Shown piece after piece: positions 1-8,241 of a stretch of DNA of 64,000 nucleotides; the first letter of the stretch is position 1, and the number at the start of each line of letters is the position of its first letter. The position numbers and the translations under genes were made by a program. The stretch is from positions 875-64,874 of the forward strand of contig VXSK01000020.1 in the NCBI GenBank assembly GCA_009838035.1, written 5' to 3'. Source of the DNA: Gammaproteobacteria bacterium (GTDB lineage: Bacteria; Pseudomonadota; Gammaproteobacteria; Steroidobacterales; Foliamicaceae). Under the pieces are notes generated by a model. It was not told the DNA's origin. It ran no database searches and saw only the letters and a program-made list of their open reading frames with translations.

Positions 1-1025
1 GCTTCGTCTGGCGAAACCTGGCCCACACCCATCTGGCGGGCGCGCAGCCCACGGGCGAGGCGCCGGACGGAAGAAGGATCTATGCGGACCTCGACGCGCT
101 CGGTTATCTCAATCTGACCGCGCTGGGCAATCACGGCGGCGGCCGCGCGCATGTCTGGTCGGTTGCCGTTTCGAAAAGCTACGACTTCGGCGTGGACTTC
201 TCGGCAAGCTACGCCCGGCAGGACGTGGAAGCCGTCGCGGAGGGCACCTCGGCCAGGGGCATCTCCAATTGGCGCGCGCTCACCGTGGCGGACCGCAACG
301 ATCCCCAGGCCCGCCGCTCGCCCCATGAGACCACGCATTCGTGGAAGCTGCGCCTTGGCTACGAACGCGCGATCGGACAGTTGAACACGCGGATCGACGT
401 ATTCGGGCGGGTGTTCTCCGGGCGTCTGTTCACCTACACCTTCGATGTCGATCGCGGCAACGCGCTGTTCGGCCGGGCCGGCGCCGGGGAAAGCCCCTTC
501 GACGCGGACCCGCTGTACATCCCGGCGGTGGACGATCCGGCCGTCGTGTACGCCTCGACTTTCGACCGCAGCCGCTTCGAGAACTACGTGCAAGCGGTGC
601 CGGGCGGCATTCACGCGCCGTACTCCGAAGTCAGCGGCTGGAACCGGATCTGGGATCTGCGTCTTCAGGTCGAATTGCCGGGAGCGGCGGGGCTGGCCCG
701 GTGGGTCGGCGAGAACCGGGTCCGGCTGGTGCTCGACGTCGAGAATTTCCCCAATCTGCTGAACTCGAAATGGGGACGCTTCGATTTCGGCCCGAGCAAC
801 GGTCAGGCCGCGGTCGTGCGCGCCGACCTCGTGCGCGCCGCCGACGTCGCGGACCTGGGAGTCGACGCCGCGCCCGCCCTGACCGGCGACGCCCCGCGCA
901 TGGCCTGCCGGAACCGCACCGACTGCGCGTACCGCTTCAACTCCTTCGATGCCGAACCCAGGGCGATCGCGAGCCGCTCCCGATCCGTGTACCGGATACG
1001 CCTGGGGATACGATTCGAGTTTTGA
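1..1025 (+). CDS. TonB-dependent receptor, C-terminal part (5' end lies outside the window)
   Basis: Frame 3 is open from base 3 to the stop at 1023-1025. The product ends ...YRIRLGIRFEF, an aromatic-terminated last beta-strand typical of TonB-dependent outer-membrane barrels. Confidence 0.7.
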   Translation, partial: FVWRNLAHTHLAGAQPTGEAPDGRRIYADLDALGYLNLTALGNHGGGRAHVWSVAVSKSYDFGVDFSASYARQDVEAVAEGTSARGISNWRALTVADRNDPQARRSPHETTHSWKLRLGYERAIGQLNTRIDVFGRVFSGRLFTYTFDVDRGNALFGRAGAGESPFDADPLYIPAVDDPAVVYASTFDRSRFENYVQAVPGGIHAPYSEVSGWNRIWDLRLQVELPGAAGLARWVGENRVRLVLDVENFPNLLNSKWGRFDFGPSNGQAAVVRADLVRAADVADLGVDAAPALTGDAPRMACRNRTDCAYRFNSFDAEPRAIASRSRSVYRIRLGIRFEF

Positions 1026-1154
1026 TGGAGGCGAAACGGGCGGGCGCCGTGCAATTCGCTGTCCTTCAAATCCCGGACTGCCGCAAGCTTGCGAAATACC
1101 TGGATCGCCCGCTGTGTAGAATGACGCGCCTGTTCTATTGAGGTATGCCGTATC

Positions 1155-1754
1155 GTGAGCGCGCGAAAGCTGGTCCTGATTTTGGCGTGCATTGTCCTGG
1201 CGGCGGTCACGGTTTGGGTCCACTACGAGGTCAAGGTCAATCTTCAGCAGCCCACGGAGCTGGCCTCGGGAGGTTCAGTCGAACAATCCGGCAACCTTCA
1301 GGTGGGTGAGGAGATTCCCGACTTTTCCGGCGTTGACCTCGACGGCGCCGACATAACGCTCTCGGAATTCCGCAACCGCGAGGTGGTGGTGCTGGACTTC
1401 TGGGCCAGCTGGTGCCAGCCCTGCATCCGAAGCATGCCTTCCCTTGAGGCGCTGAACGAGGCGTTCGAGCATCGCGACGTGGAGTTTCTGGCCGTCAACG
1501 TCGGCGAAGGCCCGGAACTGGTAAGGGAGTTCGTGGAAGATACGGAATTCACGGTTCGGGTGGTCATGGATGAAGGGGAGGACATCAGCGGCGCATACGG
1601 CGTGCGCGGGATTCCTCAACTCGTCGTCGTTGGCAGGGATGGCAAGGTCGCGCACATCGAGCTTGGTTATCCGCCGTTAACCAGGCTTTCCGAGATGCGG
1701 GAGGATCGGCTGTGGGATCTGCTGGAGGAACTGACCGGGCGGGACGGCGTATGA
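1155..1754 (+). CDS. TlpA/ResA-family periplasmic thiol:disulfide oxidoreductase (membrane anchored)
   Basis: GTG start and an N-terminal TM helix (LVLILACIVLAAVTVWV). Thioredoxin CxxC motif FWASWCQPC and cis-Pro region GIPQLVVV. Confidence 0.85.
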   Translation: MSARKLVLILACIVLAAVTVWVHYEVKVNLQQPTELASGGSVEQSGNLQVGEEIPDFSGVDLDGADITLSEFRNREVVVLDFWASWCQPCIRSMPSLEALNEAFEHRDVEFLAVNVGEGPELVREFVEDTEFTVRVVMDEGEDISGAYGVRGIPQLVVVGRDGKVAHIELGYPPLTRLSEMREDRLWDLLEELTGRDGV

Positions 1755-2479
1755 GCGTTATCCGCACGGACAGGCTCTCCAAGACCTACAAAGGCGGCGC
1801 CGAGGCCCTGAAGGGACTGGACCTGGAAGTCGAGGCCGCCGAGGTGTTCGGTTTCATCGGCCCGAACGGCGCCGGCAAATCCACGACTATCCAGTTGCTG
1901 CTCAACTTCATACGGCCGGATACGGGTTCCGCCCTTCTGTTCGGCCAGGCGGTCGAGGCGACGGACCACCGCAAGCGCCTCGGTTATCTGCCCGAGAGCG
2001 TCAACCTGCACACCTATTACACCGGCAGACGCCTGCTGGAGTTCTACGCCGCGCTCTCCGGTGTTACGGCCGCAAAACGGGCGCAGCGCGCCGAGGAAAT
2101 GCTGGACCTGGTTAGCCTCCAGGATGCTGCGGACCGCAGGATCTCGAAATACTCGAAAGGGATGGTGCAGCGCCTGGGTCTTGCGCAGGCACTGATGAAC
2201 GATCCCGAACTGCTGATCCTGGACGAACCCACGTCCAACCTCGATCCCGTGGGGAGGCGCGACTTCCGCGACATCGTTCTCAAACTCAAGGAACGGGGCA
2301 AGACGGTGTTTATCTCGTCGCACATCCTTTCCGAAGTGGGATCGGTTTGCGATCGGGTAGCCATCCTGCATAACGGAGAGTTGAAACGGCTTGAGGATCT
2401 CCGGAGTTGGGAGGAAGTGTCCACACGGGCGCTGGAAGACCTCTTCTTCGACGTGATCGGCAAGGGGAGTGCGCAATGA
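1751..2479 (+). CDS. ABC transporter ATP-binding protein (ABC-2 type)
   Basis: Walker A GPNGAGKST, signature-like YSKGMVQRL, Walker B LLILDEPTSNLD. The ATG at 1751 overlaps the upstream stop (ATGA). Confidence 0.9.
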   Translation: MSVIRTDRLSKTYKGGAEALKGLDLEVEAAEVFGFIGPNGAGKSTTIQLLLNFIRPDTGSALLFGQAVEATDHRKRLGYLPESVNLHTYYTGRRLLEFYAALSGVTAAKRAQRAEEMLDLVSLQDAADRRISKYSKGMVQRLGLAQALMNDPELLILDEPTSNLDPVGRRDFRDIVLKLKERGKTVFISSHILSEVGSVCDRVAILHNGELKRLEDLRSWEEVSTRALEDLFFDVIGKGSAQ

Positions 2480-3375
2480 CCAGCATACTGATGATCGCAA
2501 GGGACAGTGTCCGCGCGCTCCTGCACCGGCGGCTCCTGCTTGCGTTGATGGTGGTCATGCTGATTCTCACGGTGATTTTTTCGATCGTGCTCAGCCAGAT
2601 CAACAGCCGGATTTTCGACAGCGCATCCGCGCCTCCGCCGCCCGCGGCCGCTGCCGTCGAACAGGAGCCGGCGGCGCCCGGCGAGGATCCTCAGTCGTTT
2701 CAGGACGCGCTGAAACGGGCGGCGCCCCCGCCGGAACCGGTGCCCACCGAACCCATGCTCCAGGAAATGCAGGCCGCCGGCGCCCAAATGCTTTCGCAGT
2801 TCTATGGTTTTACGGCTTTTGGAGGAATGATCGTTGCACTGTTCATCGGAGCCACCGCCGTATCCAGCGACGTCCGAAGCGGCGCCATAACCATGATTCT
2901 CGCAAGGCCCGTCACCCGCTGGCAGTTCCTGGCCGGCAAGTTCGGCGGCGCCATGATGGTTCTGTTCGGCTACTCTCTCCTGACGGCCATAGCCCTGGTC
3001 ATCTTCACCCAGGTCCACGAACTCGACGTGGTCCCCGCCTTGCGCTATGCCCCCTGGCTCATGTTTTGCCGGAACCTCATCTTTGCTTCGTTTGCCCTGG
3101 CGCTTTCGATGCTGATGCCTCCCATACTTGCCGGAATCCTGCCGGTATTCGTTTCCGGCGACCTGTTTTTCGGTCTTCTTTCATCCAGCAATCCCATTCA
3201 CTACCTGCATTTCCTCCTTCCTACGTACGGGCCTTTCAACGCCACCAATCAATTCACGAGCGGCGTCCTGATGGGTTGGGACGAGGTGGCAATCCTCACC
3301 GTCTATGCGCTGGACCTGGCGGTGATCTTCTGCCTGCTGGCGATGTGGCGGTTCCGCTCGAAGGCGGTGGTCTGA
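2476..3375 (+). CDS. ABC-2 family transporter permease (NosY-like)
   Basis: The ATG at 2476 overlaps the ATPase stop. Six predicted TM segments, with SSDVRSGAITMILARPVTRWQFLAGKF after TM2. A long Pro/Ala-rich first external loop. Confidence 0.75.
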   Translation: MTSILMIARDSVRALLHRRLLLALMVVMLILTVIFSIVLSQINSRIFDSASAPPPPAAAAVEQEPAAPGEDPQSFQDALKRAAPPPEPVPTEPMLQEMQAAGAQMLSQFYGFTAFGGMIVALFIGATAVSSDVRSGAITMILARPVTRWQFLAGKFGGAMMVLFGYSLLTAIALVIFTQVHELDVVPALRYAPWLMFCRNLIFASFALALSMLMPPILAGILPVFVSGDLFFGLLSSSNPIHYLHFLLPTYGPFNATNQFTSGVLMGWDEVAILTVYALDLAVIFCLLAMWRFRSKAVV

Positions 3376-3378
3376 CGC

Positions 3379-4758
3379 TCAACCGCCGTAGAGCGCCTTC
3401 GGCAGCCAGGTCGCGATCTCCGGCCACAGCGCCAGCAGCGCCAGCGCCGCGAGCTGGATCGCGATAAAGGGCGCAACGCCGCGGTAAATGGCCGTGGTGG
3501 GCACTTCAGGCGGCGCCACGCCGCGCAGGTAGAACAGCGCAAAGCCGAACGGCGGCGTCAGGAACGACGTCTGCAGGTTGATCGCGATCATCACGCCCAG
3601 CCAGACCGGGTCCAGCCCCATCGACAGCAGCACGGGCCCGACGATCGGCACCACCACGAAGGTGATCTCGATGAAGTCCAGAACGAAGCCCAGCAGGAAC
3701 ATCACGAGCATGACCAGCACTACCGCGCCGAATACGCCGCCGGGAAGCGACATCAGGAACTCGCGCACGACGTCGTCGCCGCCGTAGCCGCGGAATACGA
3801 GCGAAAACACGGATGCGCCCACGAGGATCAGAAACACCATGCTGCTGACCCGGGCCGTTGCGCGGCCGATATCGCGAATACGGGACAGGCTCAGTTTTCC
3901 GCGAAGGGCGGCCAGCAGCATCGCGCCCACCGCGCCCACTCCTGCCGCCTCCGTGGGCGTGGCGACGCCGAAGATGATGGAACCGAGCACGGCGGCGATC
4001 AGCACCAGCGGCGGCGCAAAGGCCCCGACGAACCGCGCCACGCTTACGGCCCCGGCAGCCGGGTCGCCGCCCCGGCGCGCGGGAACGGAAGCCGGGCGAA
4101 AAAGGGCAACGGTCAGCATCCAGGCCGCGTAGAGCGCCACCAGCATCAGGCCCGGTACCAATGCACCCATGAACAGGTCGCCGACCGAAACCGTTCGCGG
4201 CGCGAAGACGCCCTGTGCCAGCTGCGCTTCCTGGTAAGCGGAAGAAAGCACGTCGCCCAGAAGCACCAGCACGATGGACGGAGGGATGATCTGCCCCAGC
4301 GTCCCCGAGGCGCTGATGACGCCGGTGGCCACGGCCGGGTCGTAGCCCCGCTTCAGCATCGTGGGCAGGGCCAGCAGGCCCATCGTGATGACGGTGGCGC
4401 CCACGATGCCCGTGCTGGCCGCCAGCAGCATCCCTACGATGATGACGGCGATCCCGAGCCCGCCGGGAAGACCGCCGAACATCCGGCTCAAGGCGTCCAG
4501 CAGGTCTTCGGCGATCCGCGCCCGCTCAAGGGTTATGCCCATGAACACGAACAGCGGCACCGCCACCAGCGTTTCGTTGCTCATGATCCCGAACAGGCGG
4601 TTCGGCATGGTGCCGAGAAACGAAATGTCGAAGACGCCTGCAAGGGCGCCTCCCAGCGCGAACAGCAACGCCGTGCCGCCCAGCGTGAAGGCCACCGGAA
4701 AGCCCGCCAGCAGCACCAGCACGACGCAGACGAACAGTGCGAACGCGGGCCAGTACAT
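3379..4758 (-). CDS. dctM: TRAP transporter large permease subunit (DctM family)
   Basis: 459-aa polytopic protein with typical DctM blocks: LFGIMSNETLVAVPLFVFMG, GATVITMGLLALPTMLKRGY, NLQTSFLTPPFGFALFYLRG. Confidence 0.85.
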   Translation of the reverse strand: MYWPAFALFVCVVLVLLAGFPVAFTLGGTALLFALGGALAGVFDISFLGTMPNRLFGIMSNETLVAVPLFVFMGITLERARIAEDLLDALSRMFGGLPGGLGIAVIIVGMLLAASTGIVGATVITMGLLALPTMLKRGYDPAVATGVISASGTLGQIIPPSIVLVLLGDVLSSAYQEAQLAQGVFAPRTVSVGDLFMGALVPGLMLVALYAAWMLTVALFRPASVPARRGGDPAAGAVSVARFVGAFAPPLVLIAAVLGSIIFGVATPTEAAGVGAVGAMLLAALRGKLSLSRIRDIGRATARVSSMVFLILVGASVFSLVFRGYGGDDVVREFLMSLPGGVFGAVVLVMLVMFLLGFVLDFIEITFVVVPIVGPVLLSMGLDPVWLGVMIAINLQTSFLTPPFGFALFYLRGVAPPEVPTTAIYRGVAPFIAIQLAALALLALWPEIATWLPKALYGG

Positions 4759-4761
4759 GGA

Positions 4762-5343
4762 CTACACGCCGCCGCCGGCAGTACTTCCGGGCGTATGACT
4801 GCCTGTTGCGGGATCGGAACCGTCTTCGAGCGGTATCCCCAGCAGCATCGCCGAACTGCGCAAGCAGATTACGAGCGCCTGCAGGCCCACCAGGACGCCG
4901 GTGAGCGGTAACAGTGTCTTGAGCAGGGACGGGAACGGATAGATCAGCCCGCCCGCTTCACGGGAAGACTCGTGAATGCGCCAGGAGGTTTCCACATAGT
5001 CGAGGCTGCCCAGCACCAGGCCCGCAGTGAGCGGCAACAGGAACAGCGCGCATCCGGACAGGTTCACCACGGCCTGGCGTTTCGGACTCATCTCGCGGTA
5101 GAAGATGTCCACGCGCACGTGCTCGTCGCGCGCCAGGGTGTAGCCGGCGGCCAGCAGGAACACAGCGGCGTGCATCCAGGTAATCGTTTCCTGGAGCCAG
5201 ATCCAGCCCAGGGACAGGCCGTAGCGCAACACCGCGACCAGGCAGGTCACGACGGTCATGACGAACGTGAGCCAGGCAACCGCCTCGCCCGTGCGAATAA
5301 TCGCGCGCTCGACCGCGCCGGCAACCTTCAGCACGAAACTCAT
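4762..5343 (-). CDS. dctQ: TRAP transporter small permease subunit (DctQ family)
   Basis: Internal ATG at 5343 gives MSFVLKVAGAVERAI... Four TM helices with the HVRVDIFY motif. It sits 3 nt upstream of dctM. Its ATG overlaps the trkH stop (ATGA at 5340-5343). Confidence 0.75.
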   Translation of the reverse strand: MSFVLKVAGAVERAIIRTGEAVAWLTFVMTVVTCLVAVLRYGLSLGWIWLQETITWMHAAVFLLAAGYTLARDEHVRVDIFYREMSPKRQAVVNLSGCALFLLPLTAGLVLGSLDYVETSWRIHESSREAGGLIYPFPSLLKTLLPLTGVLVGLQALVICLRSSAMLLGIPLEDGSDPATGSHTPGSTAGGGV

Positions 5344-6791
5344 GGGCGCCAGAAGGTCGGTGATATGAGCACCAGGAAGGTGAAGATCTCCAGGCGGCCC
5401 AGCAGCATGGCCACGATGCAGGCCCACTTGGCGGTCACGCCGATGCCGCCGTAACCGGTCGCGACCTCACCCAGCCCGGGTCCCAGGTTATTGAGCGTGG
5501 CGGCCACGGCCGAGAACGCCGTGAAGGAGTCGAGGCCGGCCGCCTGCAGGCTGATCAGAATCACGATAAACACGGCCACGTAGACCGCGAAATAGCCCCA
5601 GACCGAATCGACCACGCGAGTGGAAACCGGCGTGTCGCCGAGCGTCACCGGGATTTCGGCGCTCGGATGCACGAGGCGGCGCACCTCGCGTATGCCCTGC
5701 TTGACCAGCAGCAGCACCCGCACGCACTTCATGCCGCCGGCGGTGGAACCGGCGCATCCGCCCATGAAGGCGGCCAATATGAGCAGCATCGGGAGGATGC
5801 CCGGCCAGAGCGAGAAATTGGAGGTGGTAAAGCCGGTTGTCGTCATGATGGACACCGACTGGAACAGGCCGTCGATCAGCGCCATGGAAGGATCTTCCTT
5901 CCAGCCGTAGAGCAGCAGGCCGCCCACGACCAGTGCGCAGAGCACCAGCAGGCCAAGGGCATAGGCGCGGAATTCCGCGTCGCGGAAATACCCTGCGAGC
6001 GTGCGCCGATTGAAGGCGATGAAATGCAGCGCGAAATTGATTCCCGCCAGGAACATGAACACGATCGCGATCAGGCGGATGCTCGTTTGGGGGAAATGCG
6101 CGAAGCTGGCGTCGTGGGTCGAAAAACCGCCGATCGCGACGGTGGAAAAGGCGTGGCAGACGGCATCGAACCAGCCCATGCCGGCCACTTTGTAGGCCGC
6201 TCCGCAGGCAATGGTCAGCGCCAGGTAGATGTACCAGAGCGCCTTGGCGGTCTCCTTGATGCGCGGGGTAAGCCGGGTGTCCTTCATCGGGCCCGGCGTT
6301 TCGGCGCGATACAGTTGCATGCCGCCCACGCCCAGCATGGGCAGCACGGCCACGGCCAGCACCACGATTCCCAGTCCGCCGAGCCACTGGAGCTGTTGCC
6401 GGTAGTAGAGGATCGCCTTCGGCGCTTCGTCAAGCCCCGTCAGCACGGTGGCCCCGGTGGTCGTCAGCCCCGATATCGCCTCGAACATGGCGTCGGTGAA
6501 GGACAGCTCGGGCACCTGCGTAAAAAGAAGCGGCAGCGCGCCGGAGCTGCCGAGGACCAGCCAGAACGAAGCCACGATCAGGAACCCGTCGCGCAGCTTC
6601 AGTTCGCCCCGCGCCCGGCGCGCCGGCAGCCAGATCAGAAACCCGGCCGTGAGGGCGGCGGCGAAACTGAGCGTGAATACCGGCCAGGCGCCGTCGCCGT
6701 AATACAGGTCCACGGGCAGCGGCGTCAGCATCGTTACGCTGAACAGCATGAGCAAGCGGCCCAGCACGCTGCCGACTAGCGCTATCTGCAT
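5340..6791 (-). CDS. trkH: Trk system potassium uptake protein TrkH
   Basis: 483-aa polytopic protein, the same length as enterobacterial TrkH. Selectivity-filter-like repeats (TTTGAT, TVAIGGFSTHD, MTTTGFTTSN, NNLGPGLG). Confidence 0.9.
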   Translation of the reverse strand: MQIALVGSVLGRLLMLFSVTMLTPLPVDLYYGDGAWPVFTLSFAAALTAGFLIWLPARRARGELKLRDGFLIVASFWLVLGSSGALPLLFTQVPELSFTDAMFEAISGLTTTGATVLTGLDEAPKAILYYRQQLQWLGGLGIVVLAVAVLPMLGVGGMQLYRAETPGPMKDTRLTPRIKETAKALWYIYLALTIACGAAYKVAGMGWFDAVCHAFSTVAIGGFSTHDASFAHFPQTSIRLIAIVFMFLAGINFALHFIAFNRRTLAGYFRDAEFRAYALGLLVLCALVVGGLLLYGWKEDPSMALIDGLFQSVSIMTTTGFTTSNFSLWPGILPMLLILAAFMGGCAGSTAGGMKCVRVLLLVKQGIREVRRLVHPSAEIPVTLGDTPVSTRVVDSVWGYFAVYVAVFIVILISLQAAGLDSFTAFSAVAATLNNLGPGLGEVATGYGGIGVTAKWACIVAMLLGRLEIFTFLVLISPTFWRP

Positions 6792-6816
6792 GGCAATACC
6801 CTGCCCTGGAAGCGGA

Positions 6817-8199
6817 TCAGGCTTCGTCCTCGAACAGCCGTTCGATCTGCGCCTTGGCCCGCGGGTTGGTCATGAAGAGAATCACGTGATCGTCGTCCTC
6901 CACGGTCGTCTCGTCATTGATCGGAAGCACCACGCCGTCGCGTACGATCGCGCTGATCGACGTGCCGTGAGGCAGGTTGATCTCCCCGACCGCGCGGCCC
7001 ACAAGCGATCGCTGGCCGTCGCCGCTGTGCGCCACGCCCTCGATCGCCTCGGCGCGGCCGAAGCGCAGCGAATGCACCCTGGCGACGTCGCCCTGGCGGA
7101 TGTGCCGCAGGAGTTCGCTGATCGTGATCTGGGCGGGCGAAATCGACACGTCAATCCCCATCTGCCCGGCCAGCGCGGCATAGGCCTGACGGTTGGCCAG
7201 CGCCATGACCCGCTTGCAGCCCGCCCGCTTGGCCAGACCGGCAGCCAGAAGGTTGGCCTCGTCGGCGTTCATCAGCGCCACGAAGGCATCCATGCGCTCG
7301 ATGTTCTCCTCGATCAGGAGTTCCTCGTGGGTGGCGTCGCCGTGCAGCACGATGACCCGGCCGAGCCGTTCGGCCACCTGCCGGGCGCGTTTGGCCGAGC
7401 TCTCGATCAGCTTCACCTGGAAGTGGTTCTGCAGCGACTCGGCCACTCGCGCGCCGATGTTGCCGCCCCCTGCAATCATGATGCTGCGCACGTCCTGAGG
7501 CTCGGGCCTCAGCGCCGATAGCAGGGGACGGACCTCGTCGGATCCGGCGATGAAGTACACATCGTCGCCGTTCTCGATGACGGTCCGCCCGTTGACGGTT
7601 TGGGCGTGACCGGAGCGGTACACGGCGGCGATCCGGCCCTTGATGCTGCGCTCGCCCAGTTCGGCGGGAGTTCTGCCCACCAGCCAGGAACCGGCCCTGG
7701 CCTCGGCGCCCAGCAACAGCGCCCGGCCATCGGAAAACTCCAGTACCTGCGAGGCGCCGGGGAAGCGGACGAGTTGCTCCACGTAACGCGTAATCAGGTC
7801 TTCCGGAGCGATGGCGACGTCCACCGGCAATCCGTGAGGGCCGAACAGCGCGGCGATCCCGCTGTATTCGGTGTAACGCAGGCGCGCAATCTTGGTGCGC
7901 CGCCTGGCGCCGGCCTCGAACTCGCGGTAGCGCGAATGCACGACCTGGCAGGCCACCATGTTCACTTCGTCGTTGCCGGTAACGGCGATGACCAGGTCCG
8001 CGGCCCCAGCCCCGGCGTGGTCCAGAACCCCGGGCCGCGAGGCGTGGCCGGCAACGGTGCGCACGTCCATGCGTTCGTGTATGGCCCGCAGGATGTCGGC
8101 GTCGAGATCCACGATCGTGATCTCGTTTTCGGGTTCGCGGGAAAGACGCTCGGCGATCGTGGAGCCCACGACGCCGGCCCCGAGGATCAGTATCTTCAT
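6817..8199 (-). CDS. trkA: Trk system NAD-binding peripheral component TrkA
   Basis: Two Rossmann repeats (MKILILGAGVVGSTIA and IMIAGGGNIGARVA), 460 aa, directly upstream of trkH. Confidence 0.92.
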   Translation of the reverse strand: MKILILGAGVVGSTIAERLSREPENEITIVDLDADILRAIHERMDVRTVAGHASRPGVLDHAGAGAADLVIAVTGNDEVNMVACQVVHSRYREFEAGARRRTKIARLRYTEYSGIAALFGPHGLPVDVAIAPEDLITRYVEQLVRFPGASQVLEFSDGRALLLGAEARAGSWLVGRTPAELGERSIKGRIAAVYRSGHAQTVNGRTVIENGDDVYFIAGSDEVRPLLSALRPEPQDVRSIMIAGGGNIGARVAESLQNHFQVKLIESSAKRARQVAERLGRVIVLHGDATHEELLIEENIERMDAFVALMNADEANLLAAGLAKRAGCKRVMALANRQAYAALAGQMGIDVSISPAQITISELLRHIRQGDVARVHSLRFGRAEAIEGVAHSGDGQRSLVGRAVGEINLPHGTSISAIVRDGVVLPINDETTVEDDDHVILFMTNPRAKAQIERLFEDEA

Positions 8200-8241
8200 T
8201 TGTTCAAGCGCATGGGCTTAGAGCGCAAAGGCTCGGCGGAA

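Noticed and set aside
1089-1122. TTGCGA ... TAGAAT as a sigma-70 promoter for the TlpA/ABC operon
   Set aside because: The spacing between the hexamers is 22 nt, which is outside the functional 16-19 nt range. No promoter is called.
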